Part shown: in pieces, positions 9,744 through 19,138 of the stretch
Position numbering within the stretch: the first letter of the stretch is position 1
How the letters are laid out: each line of letters starts with the position of its first letter
Assembly: GCA_963719515.1 (NCBI GenBank)
Contig: CAVRCJ010000010.1
Location: 512,001 to 576,000 of the forward strand
Source: an uncultured cyanobacterium
GTDB taxonomy: Bacteria > Cyanobacteriota > Cyanobacteriia > CAKZMO01
Direction: 5' to 3'
DNA: 64,000 nt
Made by a program: the position numbers and the translations under genes
Notes under the pieces: generated by a model
What the model was told of the DNA's origin: nothing
Seen by the model: the letters and a program-made list of their open reading frames with translations, nothing else
Database searches by the model: none

Positions 9744-12464
9744 CTACGCAGAGCGGTTCTTACGGGACAAACTCAGCCCAACGCCCTCGATGCGGTAGGT
9801 GTCGCGCACCCGTTTGGCGCGGTAAAGAGCTTCATCGGCCCGGCTCATGGCGATCGCGGCGGTCAGCTCAGCCGACACGCAGACGACCGCAATCCCCATA
9901 CTTACCGTGAGGATAGTTTTCTCAGATCCTGGGTTAGCGATCGCCAACCTTGCGATCGCCTCCTGAATGCGCTGAGCAGTGGCGAAGGCTCCGGCATAGT
10001 CAGTGTTGGGCAGCAGCAGCGTAAATTCTTCTCCACCGTAGCGGGCTACTAGGTCGTCTGGGCGATTGACTACCGTCTGCAGCGCTTGGGCAACGCGGCG
10101 AAGACAGGTATCGCCTGCGGGATGGCCGTAGGTATCGTTGAAGGCTTTAAAGTGGTCGATGTCGAGCATAATTAGCGTCAGCGGGTGCTGGGACTGCCGG
10201 TGGCGCTGCCATTCGTCATCGAGCGATATCTCCAGTTGACGGCGATTGGCGACCTGGGTGAGGACATCTATCGTCGCCAACGCCTGCAGCTTGAGCTCCA
10301 TACACTTGCGCCTGCTGATATCTGCCACGTAGCCGACGACCTGAATTGGCTGGCCTTCAGCGTTAAATCGCGTGATGCCCTGTTCCTCCACCCAGCTGTA
10401 GGTGCCGTCCGGCTTTTGAAGCCGAAACTCGACTTGATACGGCTTTGTTGAAGTCCTGTCTTCCCCTAAAGTCTCCACAAATCGCTCGCGATCCTCGGGG
10501 TGAATCAACTTGACGTAGCGCTCCATTCCACCCGATATTTCCTCGGCGCTGTAGCCCAGTATCTCTTCGATATTTGGGCCCCAGGTATCTTCGTCTGCGG
10601 CAAGATCGTACTCAAACAGCACCCGATCGCTGGCCCGCGCCGCCGTCTCATAGCGGTCGCGCCACTCTGCTATCTCTTGGAAGTGTCGCTGCTGCTGCAG
10701 CTCAGCCTGCTTGCGATCGCTGATGTCCATGGCGGTACCCACCAGCTCGACGACCCTGCCCTGTCCATTAAAAACGGCCTCCCCCCGGCTGACTATGTGC
10801 AGCGCTTTACCATCTTGGCGAATAAATCGATGTTCGATTTCGTAAGACTCTCCATCGGCGATCGCCCGCTTGACGGCGCTCATCAAAGTCTCTTGATCCT
10901 CCGGAGGCAAATAGCTGATGAAGTCGTGATAGCCCAGACTATGCCCTCCTTCACCCAAGTCATAAATTTGCAGGAGTTCTTCAGACCAAATAATTTTCTC
11001 CGTCGCCACATCCATCACCCAGCTTCCTATTTTGGCAATGCGCTGGGCTTCCTTTAGGTTGGCCTCGCTGTGCCGCAACTCTACCGTCCGTTGCTGCACC
11101 TGCCGCTCTAAAGTGTGAAGTAGCTCACCCAGGCGGGAGGCCATCTGGTGAAACGTCTTCTGCAGGGAATCAACTTCCCAGATACCCGTCGAGGGAACCG
11201 GACGAATCGGCTCGCCTCTCTCGAAGGCCTGAGCGCTCTGATTCAGGGCCACTATGGGGCGGGTGACGCATCGGGCAATCCGTAGGTAAAGGGCAATCGC
11301 TCCGAAGAGGGTGAAGATAGACGCTGCAGCTGTTCGATATAGACTGGCGTAGATATCTGCCATAAAGCTGTACTCCGGCACAATCGTCACGATTAGCCAA
11401 TCCAGGTTGCTGTCACTCCCATAGGGCATAACTTGAAGAAACTGGCGCTTGCTGTTGATGCTGATTGAAAACTGTTCTAAGGTCTGAACCTGGCGGAAGC
11501 TCCCAAACTCGGCGATTAAATGCTGCGCTGCGCCGCGAATTAAGGCGTTACTGCTCTGTTCCACCAGCGATCGCCGAAATTTCTGGTTATCCGCTGCGTC
11601 GAACTGGCCGTTCGGAGGCATAAGCGTCGTTGAATAGGCTTTTCCGTCAACAGAACCTGCAACGAGTTGACCATCGCGATCGATAATGAACGCCGTGCCC
11701 TGGTTGCCCACCTCTAGACCCCTGAGGAATTTGCTGATTTGATTCAGGCTGAGGTGGACGCCAAACACGCCCTGCAGCCTCTGCTGATCGTCGTAGACGA
11801 GGTCGTAGGTATTGACTGCCAGCAGATCCGTGGTGCCGACGCGAAAGGGGCTACTCCACCCCGATTCCCCAGTCTCAATAGCCCGGAGATACCAAGGCCT
11901 TTGTCGAATATCGAAATTTTTTAGAGTCAGAATAAGTCGACCTAAATTACCGGCCTTGTCGACGCTGTAAAGCGCTAGTTCGCCAGAAGATTCAGGGGTG
12001 GCGACACCCGCTTCAAAAGGTAAGTCAGAGACGGTCAGCGGTGTAAATCCCGACTCAATTTGCTCTGGTTCAATTCGATGGACAACTCGGGCATTGCCCT
12101 CTGGCGTTGAGAAAATAAAAGACGTCAGCGCGTCGCTCTGCTGGAGTTCTAGAATAAGATAGCGATGCAGCTGGTCTAAGTTTTGAAGATCAAGAACGCC
12201 TGCCTCCACTGCAACTACGTGGTTTCGGTTTACCTGCTGGGCCGATTTGAGATAAGCGTCTAGCTCTTGAGTGATGCGATCGCCCGTCTCTCCCAACAGC
12301 TGCATCGCCACCGCCTCAATCGCCTGATACCCGCTGCGAAACGTCAGGTAACCTACAAGCGACGTTATGGCGGCAATTTGCGCCAGCATCGGCAGCGTAA
12401 TCAAAACGTACAGGGGAATAGCTGTGGCCTTGCGACTTTTGATCTGCGACTGCAATATGCGCAC
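9744..12464 (-). CDS. Membrane diguanylate cyclase (Cache-HAMP-PAS-PAS-GGDEF)
   Basis: Two TM segments flanking a Cache domain (DIRQRPWY), HAMP, two PAS/PAC repeats, DIDHFKAFND, I-site RPDD and ARYGGEEF. Confidence 0.93.
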   Translation of the reverse strand: MRILQSQIKSRKATAIPLYVLITLPMLAQIAAITSLVGYLTFRSGYQAIEAVAMQLLGETGDRITQELDAYLKSAQQVNRNHVVAVEAGVLDLQNLDQLHRYLILELQQSDALTSFIFSTPEGNARVVHRIEPEQIESGFTPLTVSDLPFEAGVATPESSGELALYSVDKAGNLGRLILTLKNFDIRQRPWYLRAIETGESGWSSPFRVGTTDLLAVNTYDLVYDDQQRLQGVFGVHLSLNQISKFLRGLEVGNQGTAFIIDRDGQLVAGSVDGKAYSTTLMPPNGQFDAADNQKFRRSLVEQSSNALIRGAAQHLIAEFGSFRQVQTLEQFSISINSKRQFLQVMPYGSDSNLDWLIVTIVPEYSFMADIYASLYRTAAASIFTLFGAIALYLRIARCVTRPIVALNQSAQAFERGEPIRPVPSTGIWEVDSLQKTFHQMASRLGELLHTLERQVQQRTVELRHSEANLKEAQRIAKIGSWVMDVATEKIIWSEELLQIYDLGEGGHSLGYHDFISYLPPEDQETLMSAVKRAIADGESYEIEHRFIRQDGKALHIVSRGEAVFNGQGRVVELVGTAMDISDRKQAELQQQRHFQEIAEWRDRYETAARASDRVLFEYDLAADEDTWGPNIEEILGYSAEEISGGMERYVKLIHPEDRERFVETLGEDRTSTKPYQVEFRLQKPDGTYSWVEEQGITRFNAEGQPIQVVGYVADISRRKCMELKLQALATIDVLTQVANRRQLEISLDDEWQRHRQSQHPLTLIMLDIDHFKAFNDTYGHPAGDTCLRRVAQALQTVVNRPDDLVARYGGEEFTLLLPNTDYAGAFATAQRIQEAIARLAIANPGSEKTILTVSMGIAVVCVSAELTAAIAMSRADEALYRAKRVRDTYRIEGVGLSLSRKNRSA

Positions 12465-12670
12465 GAGTGACTGGTGTAAAGAGGGTTGTCAAGAATTGAG
12501 GGGCTCTCCAAAAGTATGCCGACCACCTCTCAATAGCCCTCACTATTGTGCAACATCTTTAAAGCTCAGGCTATTCTTAGGGAGCCGCAGGTGAAGCAGC
12601 TTTAACTTTGGCTTGGCACCGAGCCTGAAGGCAACTTACACAGCTCAAAGGGCTGGCCAACTCATACGCC

Positions 12671-13723
12671 ATGACGATTTCTCGCCACCGACAATCTTCT
12701 CAGGAACGCCCCAAGCGCCCCCCATTAGTCGCGCTGCGGGAGCGCCTCTCCACACCGCTGCAGATCGGCCCTGTGAGCGTGGCAAGTCGGGTGCTGCAAT
12801 CTCCCCTGTCCGGCGTCACGGATCTGGTGTTTCGGCGATTAGTGCGTCGCTATGCCCCCCAGTCCATGATGTATACCGAGATGGTAAGCGCCAGTGAGCT
12901 GCATCACCTGCAGTCTTTGCCCCAGATGATGGAGATTGACCCCGACGAACGTCCGGTGAGTATCCAGCTTTTTGACTGTCGCCCCGACTTTATGGCAGAA
13001 GCCGCCCGCCGTGCCGTAGACCAGGGTAGCCTGACCATCGACATCAATATGGGCTGCCCAGTGAACAAGATCACCAAAAAAGGGGGCGGCTCCTCTCTGC
13101 TGCGTGACCCTGACATGGCGGCGCGCCTAGTGAGCGCGGTGGCCGGCGCGGTGACGGTGCCGGTCACGGTCAAGACCCGCATCGGCTGGGACGACGACCA
13201 TATCAACGCCGTTGAGTTTGCCCGCGCCCTGGAAAGCGCTGGCGCTCAAATGCTCACCCTCCACGGACGGACCCGCGCCCAAGGCTATACCGGTCAAGCT
13301 CGCTGGGACTGGATTGCGCGGGTGAAGCAGTCCATCACTATTCCGGTGATCGCTAACGGCGATATCTTTTCAGTGGCGGCGGCGATCGCCTGTCTGCAGG
13401 AGACGGGAGCGGACGGCGTCATGTGCTCTCGGGGGACTTTGGGCTACCCCTTCTTGGTGGGGCAAATTGACCACCTGCTGCACACGGGGCAGGAGCTACC
13501 GCCACCGACAATAGTCGAGCGACTGCGCTGCGCCCAAGAGCATCTACAGATGCTGGTGGACTACAAGGGTGAGCGGGGCATCCGTCAGGCCCGCAAGCAT
13601 ATGGCCTGGTACGCTAAGGGATTTCCCGGCGCGGCGGAGCTGCGGGACCAGCTCTGCCGGATTGAGTCGGTGGCGGAAGGGCAGAGTCTGCTGGAAGAGG
13701 CGATCGCCAGAAATATGCTCTAG
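12671..13723 (+). CDS. dusB: tRNA-dihydrouridine synthase DusB
   Basis: SPLSGVTD, IDINMGCP, PVTVKTRIGW, LHGRT, IANGDI motifs. Confidence 0.95.
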   Translation: MTISRHRQSSQERPKRPPLVALRERLSTPLQIGPVSVASRVLQSPLSGVTDLVFRRLVRRYAPQSMMYTEMVSASELHHLQSLPQMMEIDPDERPVSIQLFDCRPDFMAEAARRAVDQGSLTIDINMGCPVNKITKKGGGSSLLRDPDMAARLVSAVAGAVTVPVTVKTRIGWDDDHINAVEFARALESAGAQMLTLHGRTRAQGYTGQARWDWIARVKQSITIPVIANGDIFSVAAAIACLQETGADGVMCSRGTLGYPFLVGQIDHLLHTGQELPPPTIVERLRCAQEHLQMLVDYKGERGIRQARKHMAWYAKGFPGAAELRDQLCRIESVAEGQSLLEEAIARNML

Positions 13724-14043
13724 AATATCGCCAGTCCCAGGCAAACATCGAAAATGCGCCCTGCCTGCAGCCCTGTCCTAGGCTCCAATGATGAAAATCA
13801 AGCACTTTATCAACCTCCATAAGGGCACAACAGGCTTGTTTGTGTTTGCCCTGATGGTGCTTTACGGCAATTTCACAACCGCAGCTTGGATCTACCTCGC
13901 CCTCCACGGCACCTATGGTTTACTGTGGCTCATCAAAGATCGGCTCTACCCCGACAAAAGCTGGGAGCAGAGCATTTCCCTGATCAAGGGCATTGTGCTA
14001 TTTGGGGTGCTCGGCCTGTACTGGGCTGCGCCCGTTATTTTAG

Positions 14044-14492
14044 CTAGTTCGTGAAAGCCCCGCGCTGTATGCGCAGCATCAGCGTCGGGATGTAAGCGAG
14101 CGAGTCGAGGTGCGCCCTTGACTGGATGCCGAAGGCGGCAATTAAGGGCAGCGCCGAGGCGAGCAAAGGGTACAATTGAACCAAGCTCAAACTATTTCAT
14201 GGCGGCGGCCTGCTATCGTGACACAAACGTACAGCCCTTGGCTGGTGAACAGTGCAGACGGTAGAAAACGTAGCTGGAAATTGAATACTCGTCACTGTCT
14301 GGGGTTGGTCATTGCCTGGACATTAAACAAATCGCCTGTCGATGGGATCTAATCGGGGTTGCACGGCTTGCTGCGTAACTAGACAGGACCAGATGAAGCA
14401 GGATACCTTCTTGCGCGGCATCCATTAAATTGTGGTGCGTGAGCCAAGAAGCCCGCGCTCTATCTAAAAGATGAGCGTCGGGAGTATGTCAC
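14044..14492 (+). mobile_element. Non-autonomous IS200/IS605 (IS1341-type) deletion derivative, 449 bp
   Basis: Inserted 3' of TTAG; near-identical end hairpins CCCGCGCT(G/C)...(C/G)AGCGTCGGG at 14059-14089 and 14452-14482; right end GGGAGTATGTCAC; degenerate tnpB N- and C-terminal stubs in one frame from ATG 14199. Confidence 0.88.
14300..14492 (+). ncRNA. Putative TnpB omegaRNA scaffold in the mini-element right end
   Basis: GCCTGT...GATGAAGCAGGA...GTGA...hairpin...TCAC layout typical of tnpB 3' ends; CCTGTC/GACAGG pairing and GTGA/TCAC pseudoknot potential; 5' boundary approximate. Confidence 0.55.
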
Positions 14493-14913
14493 TGACGCAG
14501 AGGGTCCAACCGTCCTCCGCCCTAATTGCCGTCGCCGTCTCCCTAAACCTCTTGGGCATTTTCCTGCACTACGCAAGCGATGCTCAAAAGTATTTCACCC
14601 TCAAGTACCAGAAGGGGTTGATCACTGAGGGCCTGTTTGCCCGCTGCCGCAACACCAACTATCTCGGCGAGATTCTGATCTACGCCTCTTTCGCGATGCT
14701 GGCGATGCACTGGCTGCCCTTTGCCATCTTGGCTGGGTTCTTTGCGCTGGTATTCCTTCCCAACATGCTTAAGAAAGACAAGTCTCTGTCTCGCTACCCA
14801 GAGTTTGCGGCCTATCAGCGTCGCTCGGGGTTGCTGTTCCCCAAGCTATGGGGGGTTCCGGCGGACCCAGCCGGTTCTGTGCCTAAGGCCTCTGAAGAGA
14901 CAGTCGCACCGGG

Positions 14914-17244
14914 CTAGCCCCAGGCTCTGCGAACGCTGTAGGTGGGAAAAGTTCCGTAATGTTTGGCCCAGGGCATCTGGCCCACATAGTCGCAGCAAAA
15001 CGCCGTTTGCCCTTCAGAGGCGGCGATCGCCGCAAAGGCCTGGCTCGCGTAGACCTTGCCGGGGGGAGTGACGGGTTCAATCCGGGCTGTGTGGTTGACA
15101 TGGGTGCCCACGTAGCTGACCCGCCCGGTCAAGGGGTCCACCTTGCTGGAGACCGGACCGGCATGCAGGGCAATTCTCAAATTGAGGTCAGCGGGAAGGC
15201 CCTTGCTGCCCCAGTCTACCCGCTGCACCAGGTCGCACAGGTCTAGGGCCGCCTGCCCCGCCTGCTCCACGGTGGTGAACACCAGATAGAGGGCATCTCC
15301 CCAGGTGTTTCTCGTTAAGGGCCTGTAGCCAGGGGAATCGAGAAGCTGCGCTACAGCCCCCAAAAAATGGTCGGCAAAGGGCAGGAACTGCTCCTCGCTG
15401 AGGTGGGTATAGTTCACCACATCGGCAAATAGCAGTGCTCTCAGCACCGGGTCCATTGGCTTTGGGGGGCACGTTGAGGGGGATGTAGCCTGAGAAGACG
15501 GGGCCTGAGAAGATGTAGCCTGAGAAGACGGGGCTCGAGATGGCAGGTGAACCGGCTGGGGGTCAGCCAAGGCCGCCAAATCGATCACCTCCACCGTTTC
15601 GTTCCACTGCTGCCAAAGATTTACCGTATTGGCAGTCCCCTCCAAGCTGCCGAGCTGCCCGTCCCAAACCGCCAAGGGCACGAGATCACTGCCCAGCTGG
15701 TTCGCGCGAATCTTAGCGAGCCCGTGGAGCAGTCGATTGGAATAGTCGTAGAGGGTAGGACTTTGCTGCACGCTCTGCTCGGAGGCCACCACCACTTCCC
15801 TAGCCTTACCCATCACCTGCTCAAACCGCTTTTCCCACTGCCCATCCGGCTGCCGATACAGGGCGTCCCGAAGACAGGACTCTAGGCCGTAAGGCAGCAC
15901 AATATGCAGCTCTCCCTGCAAAGACTGAAGCGCTTCCAAAAACAAAATATCTGCCCCACAGGCCGCAGACGCATAGCCAAAGTGCGCGTCCAGATGCTGG
16001 AGGCGATCGCGAATTGCGCCGTACACCTTAGGCGCTAGCTCAGACGGGAACCGGGGCTGTTGGCGGTTGGGCGGGTCAATGCGATGACCGCAAAACATCA
16101 CGACGCGAGGGATATGGAACCATCGCTTAATTCGCGCTAGGTCAATTCCCAAATGCTGACCCAGCAGCAGCGCATTACGGCGGCTAGAGCTGAAATCTCC
16201 AAATCGCCCTTGCCCCTGTGCCACCGCCTGACCATAGAATTATTCCGCCGCTGTCAAATCCTTCAAAATTAGCGCCGCTTCTCCAAGCGTTGCCAGCAGC
16301 CAGTAGGCATCTCCGCCGGTGCGCGTCAGAGCAGCGAGCTGAGTCAGACAGGTTGCTTTGATCGCCCGCGCCAGCTGCCGGGCCTGCTCTAATTGATTCA
16401 TCAGACAGGCCATCGTCGCGGCGTTAATTCCGACCCAGATGCTGCCGGTCAGGGCATAGGCCTGCTGATAGCGCTCTGCCGCTAGGGCTAAGTGGCGCTC
16501 TGCCGCCGCTGGGGTAAAGGCCTGGGACCAGAGATCTTTGTGGGTGCGTGCGAGCAGACCGACGGTCTCTTCGTCTTGGTGTCCCGCCTGCACCAGCGCA
16601 GTCAATAGGGTATTGGCGGCGTCAGTAGAGCCACTGCGGGCCAGCGACAGCGACAGCAGCTGCTGTAGTCTGAGGTCGTTTGGCCATTGCTTCAGCCCCT
16701 CGCTCAGCACGTCGTAGGCCATTAGCGGCTCGCCAATTTTTAGGCTGGCCTCTCCCAGCGCCCGATAGACGGGGGGCGCTTGGGGGCTGAGTTTGATGGT
16801 TTCTCGCTGCAGAGAAATTAGGGTTGCTAAGTTCACCTCCGACGATTCTTTTAGCCTGTTGAGCGCCAGCGTCACCTCTGGCGATTCGGCCAAGGCCTCG
16901 TCTTGAGTCGCGCTCGCGTGCGTCGGCATTGGGCGCGCCGTTTCCGGGTCTGTGGCGCTAGAGCCGCCATCGATACGGTAGCCCAGCGCCAGCAGCACCT
17001 TAAAGACAGTCAGCGCTGCGTTACGCTGCCGCTGCTGCGATCGCTCGTTGAGCTGAGCGTAGGGCAACAGGTTGGGGTGGGTGCGGGCAGCAGAATCATA
17101 GACGCTGTCGTAGCGCCAGCCCTGGTGGAAGTGGTCTTTACTCCACAGGCTATGAACCGTTTGGGCCACCAGATCAGCTAACGCTAACTGCTCTGGCGCT
17201 AGCACAATATTGTCAATATCAACGGGCTGGGGATTGTACCTCAA
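14914..17244 (-). pseudogene. RyR + TPR (TRAF-binding/TPR-S-like) + SLOG-like + class III nucleotide cyclase, split by one in-frame TAA at 16240-16242
   Basis: Both ORFs are in the same frame (AAE-TAA-FYGQAVAQG); RyR motif YNPQPVD...HSLW...GWRY...THPNLLPY; MFCGHRID...ACGADILFLE; cyclase FADVVNYT, NTWGDA, RIALHAGPV, GTHVNHTARIE. Confidence 0.85.
15481..15540 (-). repeat. 15-bp coding repeat (SSQAT/SSQAP) in the cyclase linker
   Basis: GATGTAGCCTGAGAAGACGGGGC occurs twice at 30-nt spacing; encodes PSSQATSSQAPSSQATS. Confidence 0.7.
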
Positions 17245-17330
17245 GCGATCGCCCTCAGTGGCATTCAGGAGCGGGGTAGCCTAGCGACAGAGAACCTGCT
17301 CTAAGCGCTATTTAGCCCCATCTTAATCCT

Positions 17331-17363
17331 TCACAGCATCAGTCAGATTGACTGATGCTGTGA
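17331..17363. terminator. Perfect 15-bp inverted repeat, likely 3'-end hairpin of the Rieske oxidoreductase transcript
   Basis: TCACAGCATCAGTCA-GAT-TGACTGATGCTGTGA, 30 nt downstream of the stop at 17394; no U-tract. Confidence 0.55.
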
Positions 17364-17393
17364 TGTGCCTCAATTCCGGTAGCCCCGCTGTTT

Positions 17394-18905
17394 CTACGTC
17401 TTTGGCTCTAAAGCATTCACGGCAGGGCCGTGGAGAATCTCGCCGTCACAGCTAAAGCGCGAACCGTGGCAGGGGCAATCCCAGCTCTTTTCAGCAGAGT
17501 TCCAGGCCACGATGCAGCCTAAGTGAGGGCACACCGCAGAGACCGCATGCAGCTCCCCTGCTTCATCACGGTAGGCCGCCACTTTCTGGGCATCGACAGT
17601 CACCAGCTTGCCCTCTCCAGCCGGAAGGTCTTTGGGCGAATCGAACAGGCCTTTGAAGCGATCGCCCACCCAGCGGGTACCCACGTCGAGGTTTTCCTTC
17701 AAAGAGGTTTGGGTGACAAATGGGGTCGGGCGAGTCGAATCGTAGAGCGAGGCCCAGGGGTTATCGACGCCCATCACCCGGTCGGTGAGCATCATAGCGG
17801 AGAGGATAGACTTGCTCATGCCCCACAGGCTAAAGCCCGTAGCCACCAAAATGTGGCTGTTGGCCGGGGTGAGGGGACCGATGTAGGGCAGCTTATCGAA
17901 CGACTCGTAGCCCTGACTTGACCAGCGGTAGTCAGGCACGACGTCAAAGTAGCGCTGCATGTCTGCCTCTAAACGCTGGTAGCGAATCTCGGTGTCGGAG
18001 TCCTCACCCACCTTGTGGCCCTCTCCCCCCATCATCAGCATGGTGCCGCCGTCGTCGGTGGGGGTGGTGCGCAGGGAGCGGTACTTTTTCCCAACGCCGA
18101 TGTACATACCGCTGATCTCTTTGGAGGCGTCGATGCGGGCTCCCACGATGTAGGAGCGCTTGGGATAGGTTTTGGCGAAGAACAGGCCTTGATCGAGAAT
18201 AGGCAGATGGGTCGCAATGATCACATCTTGGGCCGTGACGGTCGGGCCATCGTTTGTGATCACTTTGGAGGGGGCTTCGCCCTCAACCTTGCGAACGCGG
18301 GTTTGCTCAAAAACATGGCTCCCCTCGCCGGGAATCATGCCGGCGATCGCCAGCATAAACTTGCGGGGATGGAACTGGGCCTGATTAGAAAATTTGACCG
18401 CGCCCATGATGTCAAACGGCAGCTCAGTCTCTCGGGTAAAGGTGGCGGGTAAGCCTAGCTTCTGCGCCGTTTCGACTTCCTTTTGAACCGACTCTAGGTT
18501 GTCGACCTCCTGAGCAAAAGAGTAGGTAGCCTTGCGCTCAAAGTCGCAGTCAATGCCCAGCTCCTGCACCAAAGACGCCAGCTTCTCAACGGCGGCTTGA
18601 TTCGACTCACCGTAAATCCGTGCCTTGTCTTCGCCGTGCTGATCTACCAAGTCGGCGTAGATCAGCTGGTGCAGCGAGGTGACTTTAGCCGTGGTGTGGC
18701 CCGAAGCCCCTTGGCCGATGTGGTCGGCTTCAATGAGCGCTACGGTCTTACCCGCCTGCTTGAGCAGCTTAGCCACGGTAACCCCGACTAAACCCGCTCC
18801 AACGACAGCGACATCGACGGTGAGATCTTGGGTGAGCTTGGGATATTGGGAGGGGAGCGTTGAGGCGATCCAGAAAGACTGGTGGGTGCCGGATAGGGTA
18901 GTCAT
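17394..18905 (-). CDS. FAD-dependent oxidoreductase (DAO-like) with C-terminal Rieske [2Fe-2S] domain (YhfW-like)
   Basis: VVGAGLVG Rossmann motif, SGHTTAK, Rieske CPHLGC...WDCPCHGSRF. Confidence 0.92.
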   Translation of the reverse strand: MTTLSGTHQSFWIASTLPSQYPKLTQDLTVDVAVVGAGLVGVTVAKLLKQAGKTVALIEADHIGQGASGHTTAKVTSLHQLIYADLVDQHGEDKARIYGESNQAAVEKLASLVQELGIDCDFERKATYSFAQEVDNLESVQKEVETAQKLGLPATFTRETELPFDIMGAVKFSNQAQFHPRKFMLAIAGMIPGEGSHVFEQTRVRKVEGEAPSKVITNDGPTVTAQDVIIATHLPILDQGLFFAKTYPKRSYIVGARIDASKEISGMYIGVGKKYRSLRTTPTDDGGTMLMMGGEGHKVGEDSDTEIRYQRLEADMQRYFDVVPDYRWSSQGYESFDKLPYIGPLTPANSHILVATGFSLWGMSKSILSAMMLTDRVMGVDNPWASLYDSTRPTPFVTQTSLKENLDVGTRWVGDRFKGLFDSPKDLPAGEGKLVTVDAQKVAAYRDEAGELHAVSAVCPHLGCIVAWNSAEKSWDCPCHGSRFSCDGEILHGPAVNALEPKT

Positions 18906-19138
18906 GGGGAGTAAAACTTGTGTGTTTTGAGGCGCTCTGCTACTCTATCCGTCCCATCTATAGCATTTTATCTATCTGTGGTGTGGAGGGAGACGGATGG
19001 CGAAGAAAAATGGCTTGTATAGGGCTCCTTGTATTATCTGCATAAGATCTGCATGAGACCAAAATCTTCGCCCTGCTACCCCACGGTTAGACCTTTTATG
19101 ATGGGGAGGCGATCGCATATCTCATCAAAGGGCTGTCA

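Larger units (their letters stand above)
13788..14917 (+). pseudogene. DUF1295/steroid-5-alpha-reductase/ICMT-like membrane protein interrupted by a 449-bp insertion
   Basis: Removing 14044-14492 fuses the two ORFs in frame (APVIL-V-TQRVQPSS) to give 226 aa with SDAQKYF, GLFARCRNTNYLGEILIY motifs. Confidence 0.88.

Noticed and set aside
14044..14492. IStron or group I intron explanation for the in-gene insertion
   Set aside because: The element ends in TCAC rather than a terminal G, no group I core is recognisable, and the interior is explained by tnpB stubs plus end hairpins
18966..18990. TCTATC...TGGTG motif shared with the FAAL/GT2 promoter region (~25865)
   Set aside because: Only two instances with different spacing; too weak to support
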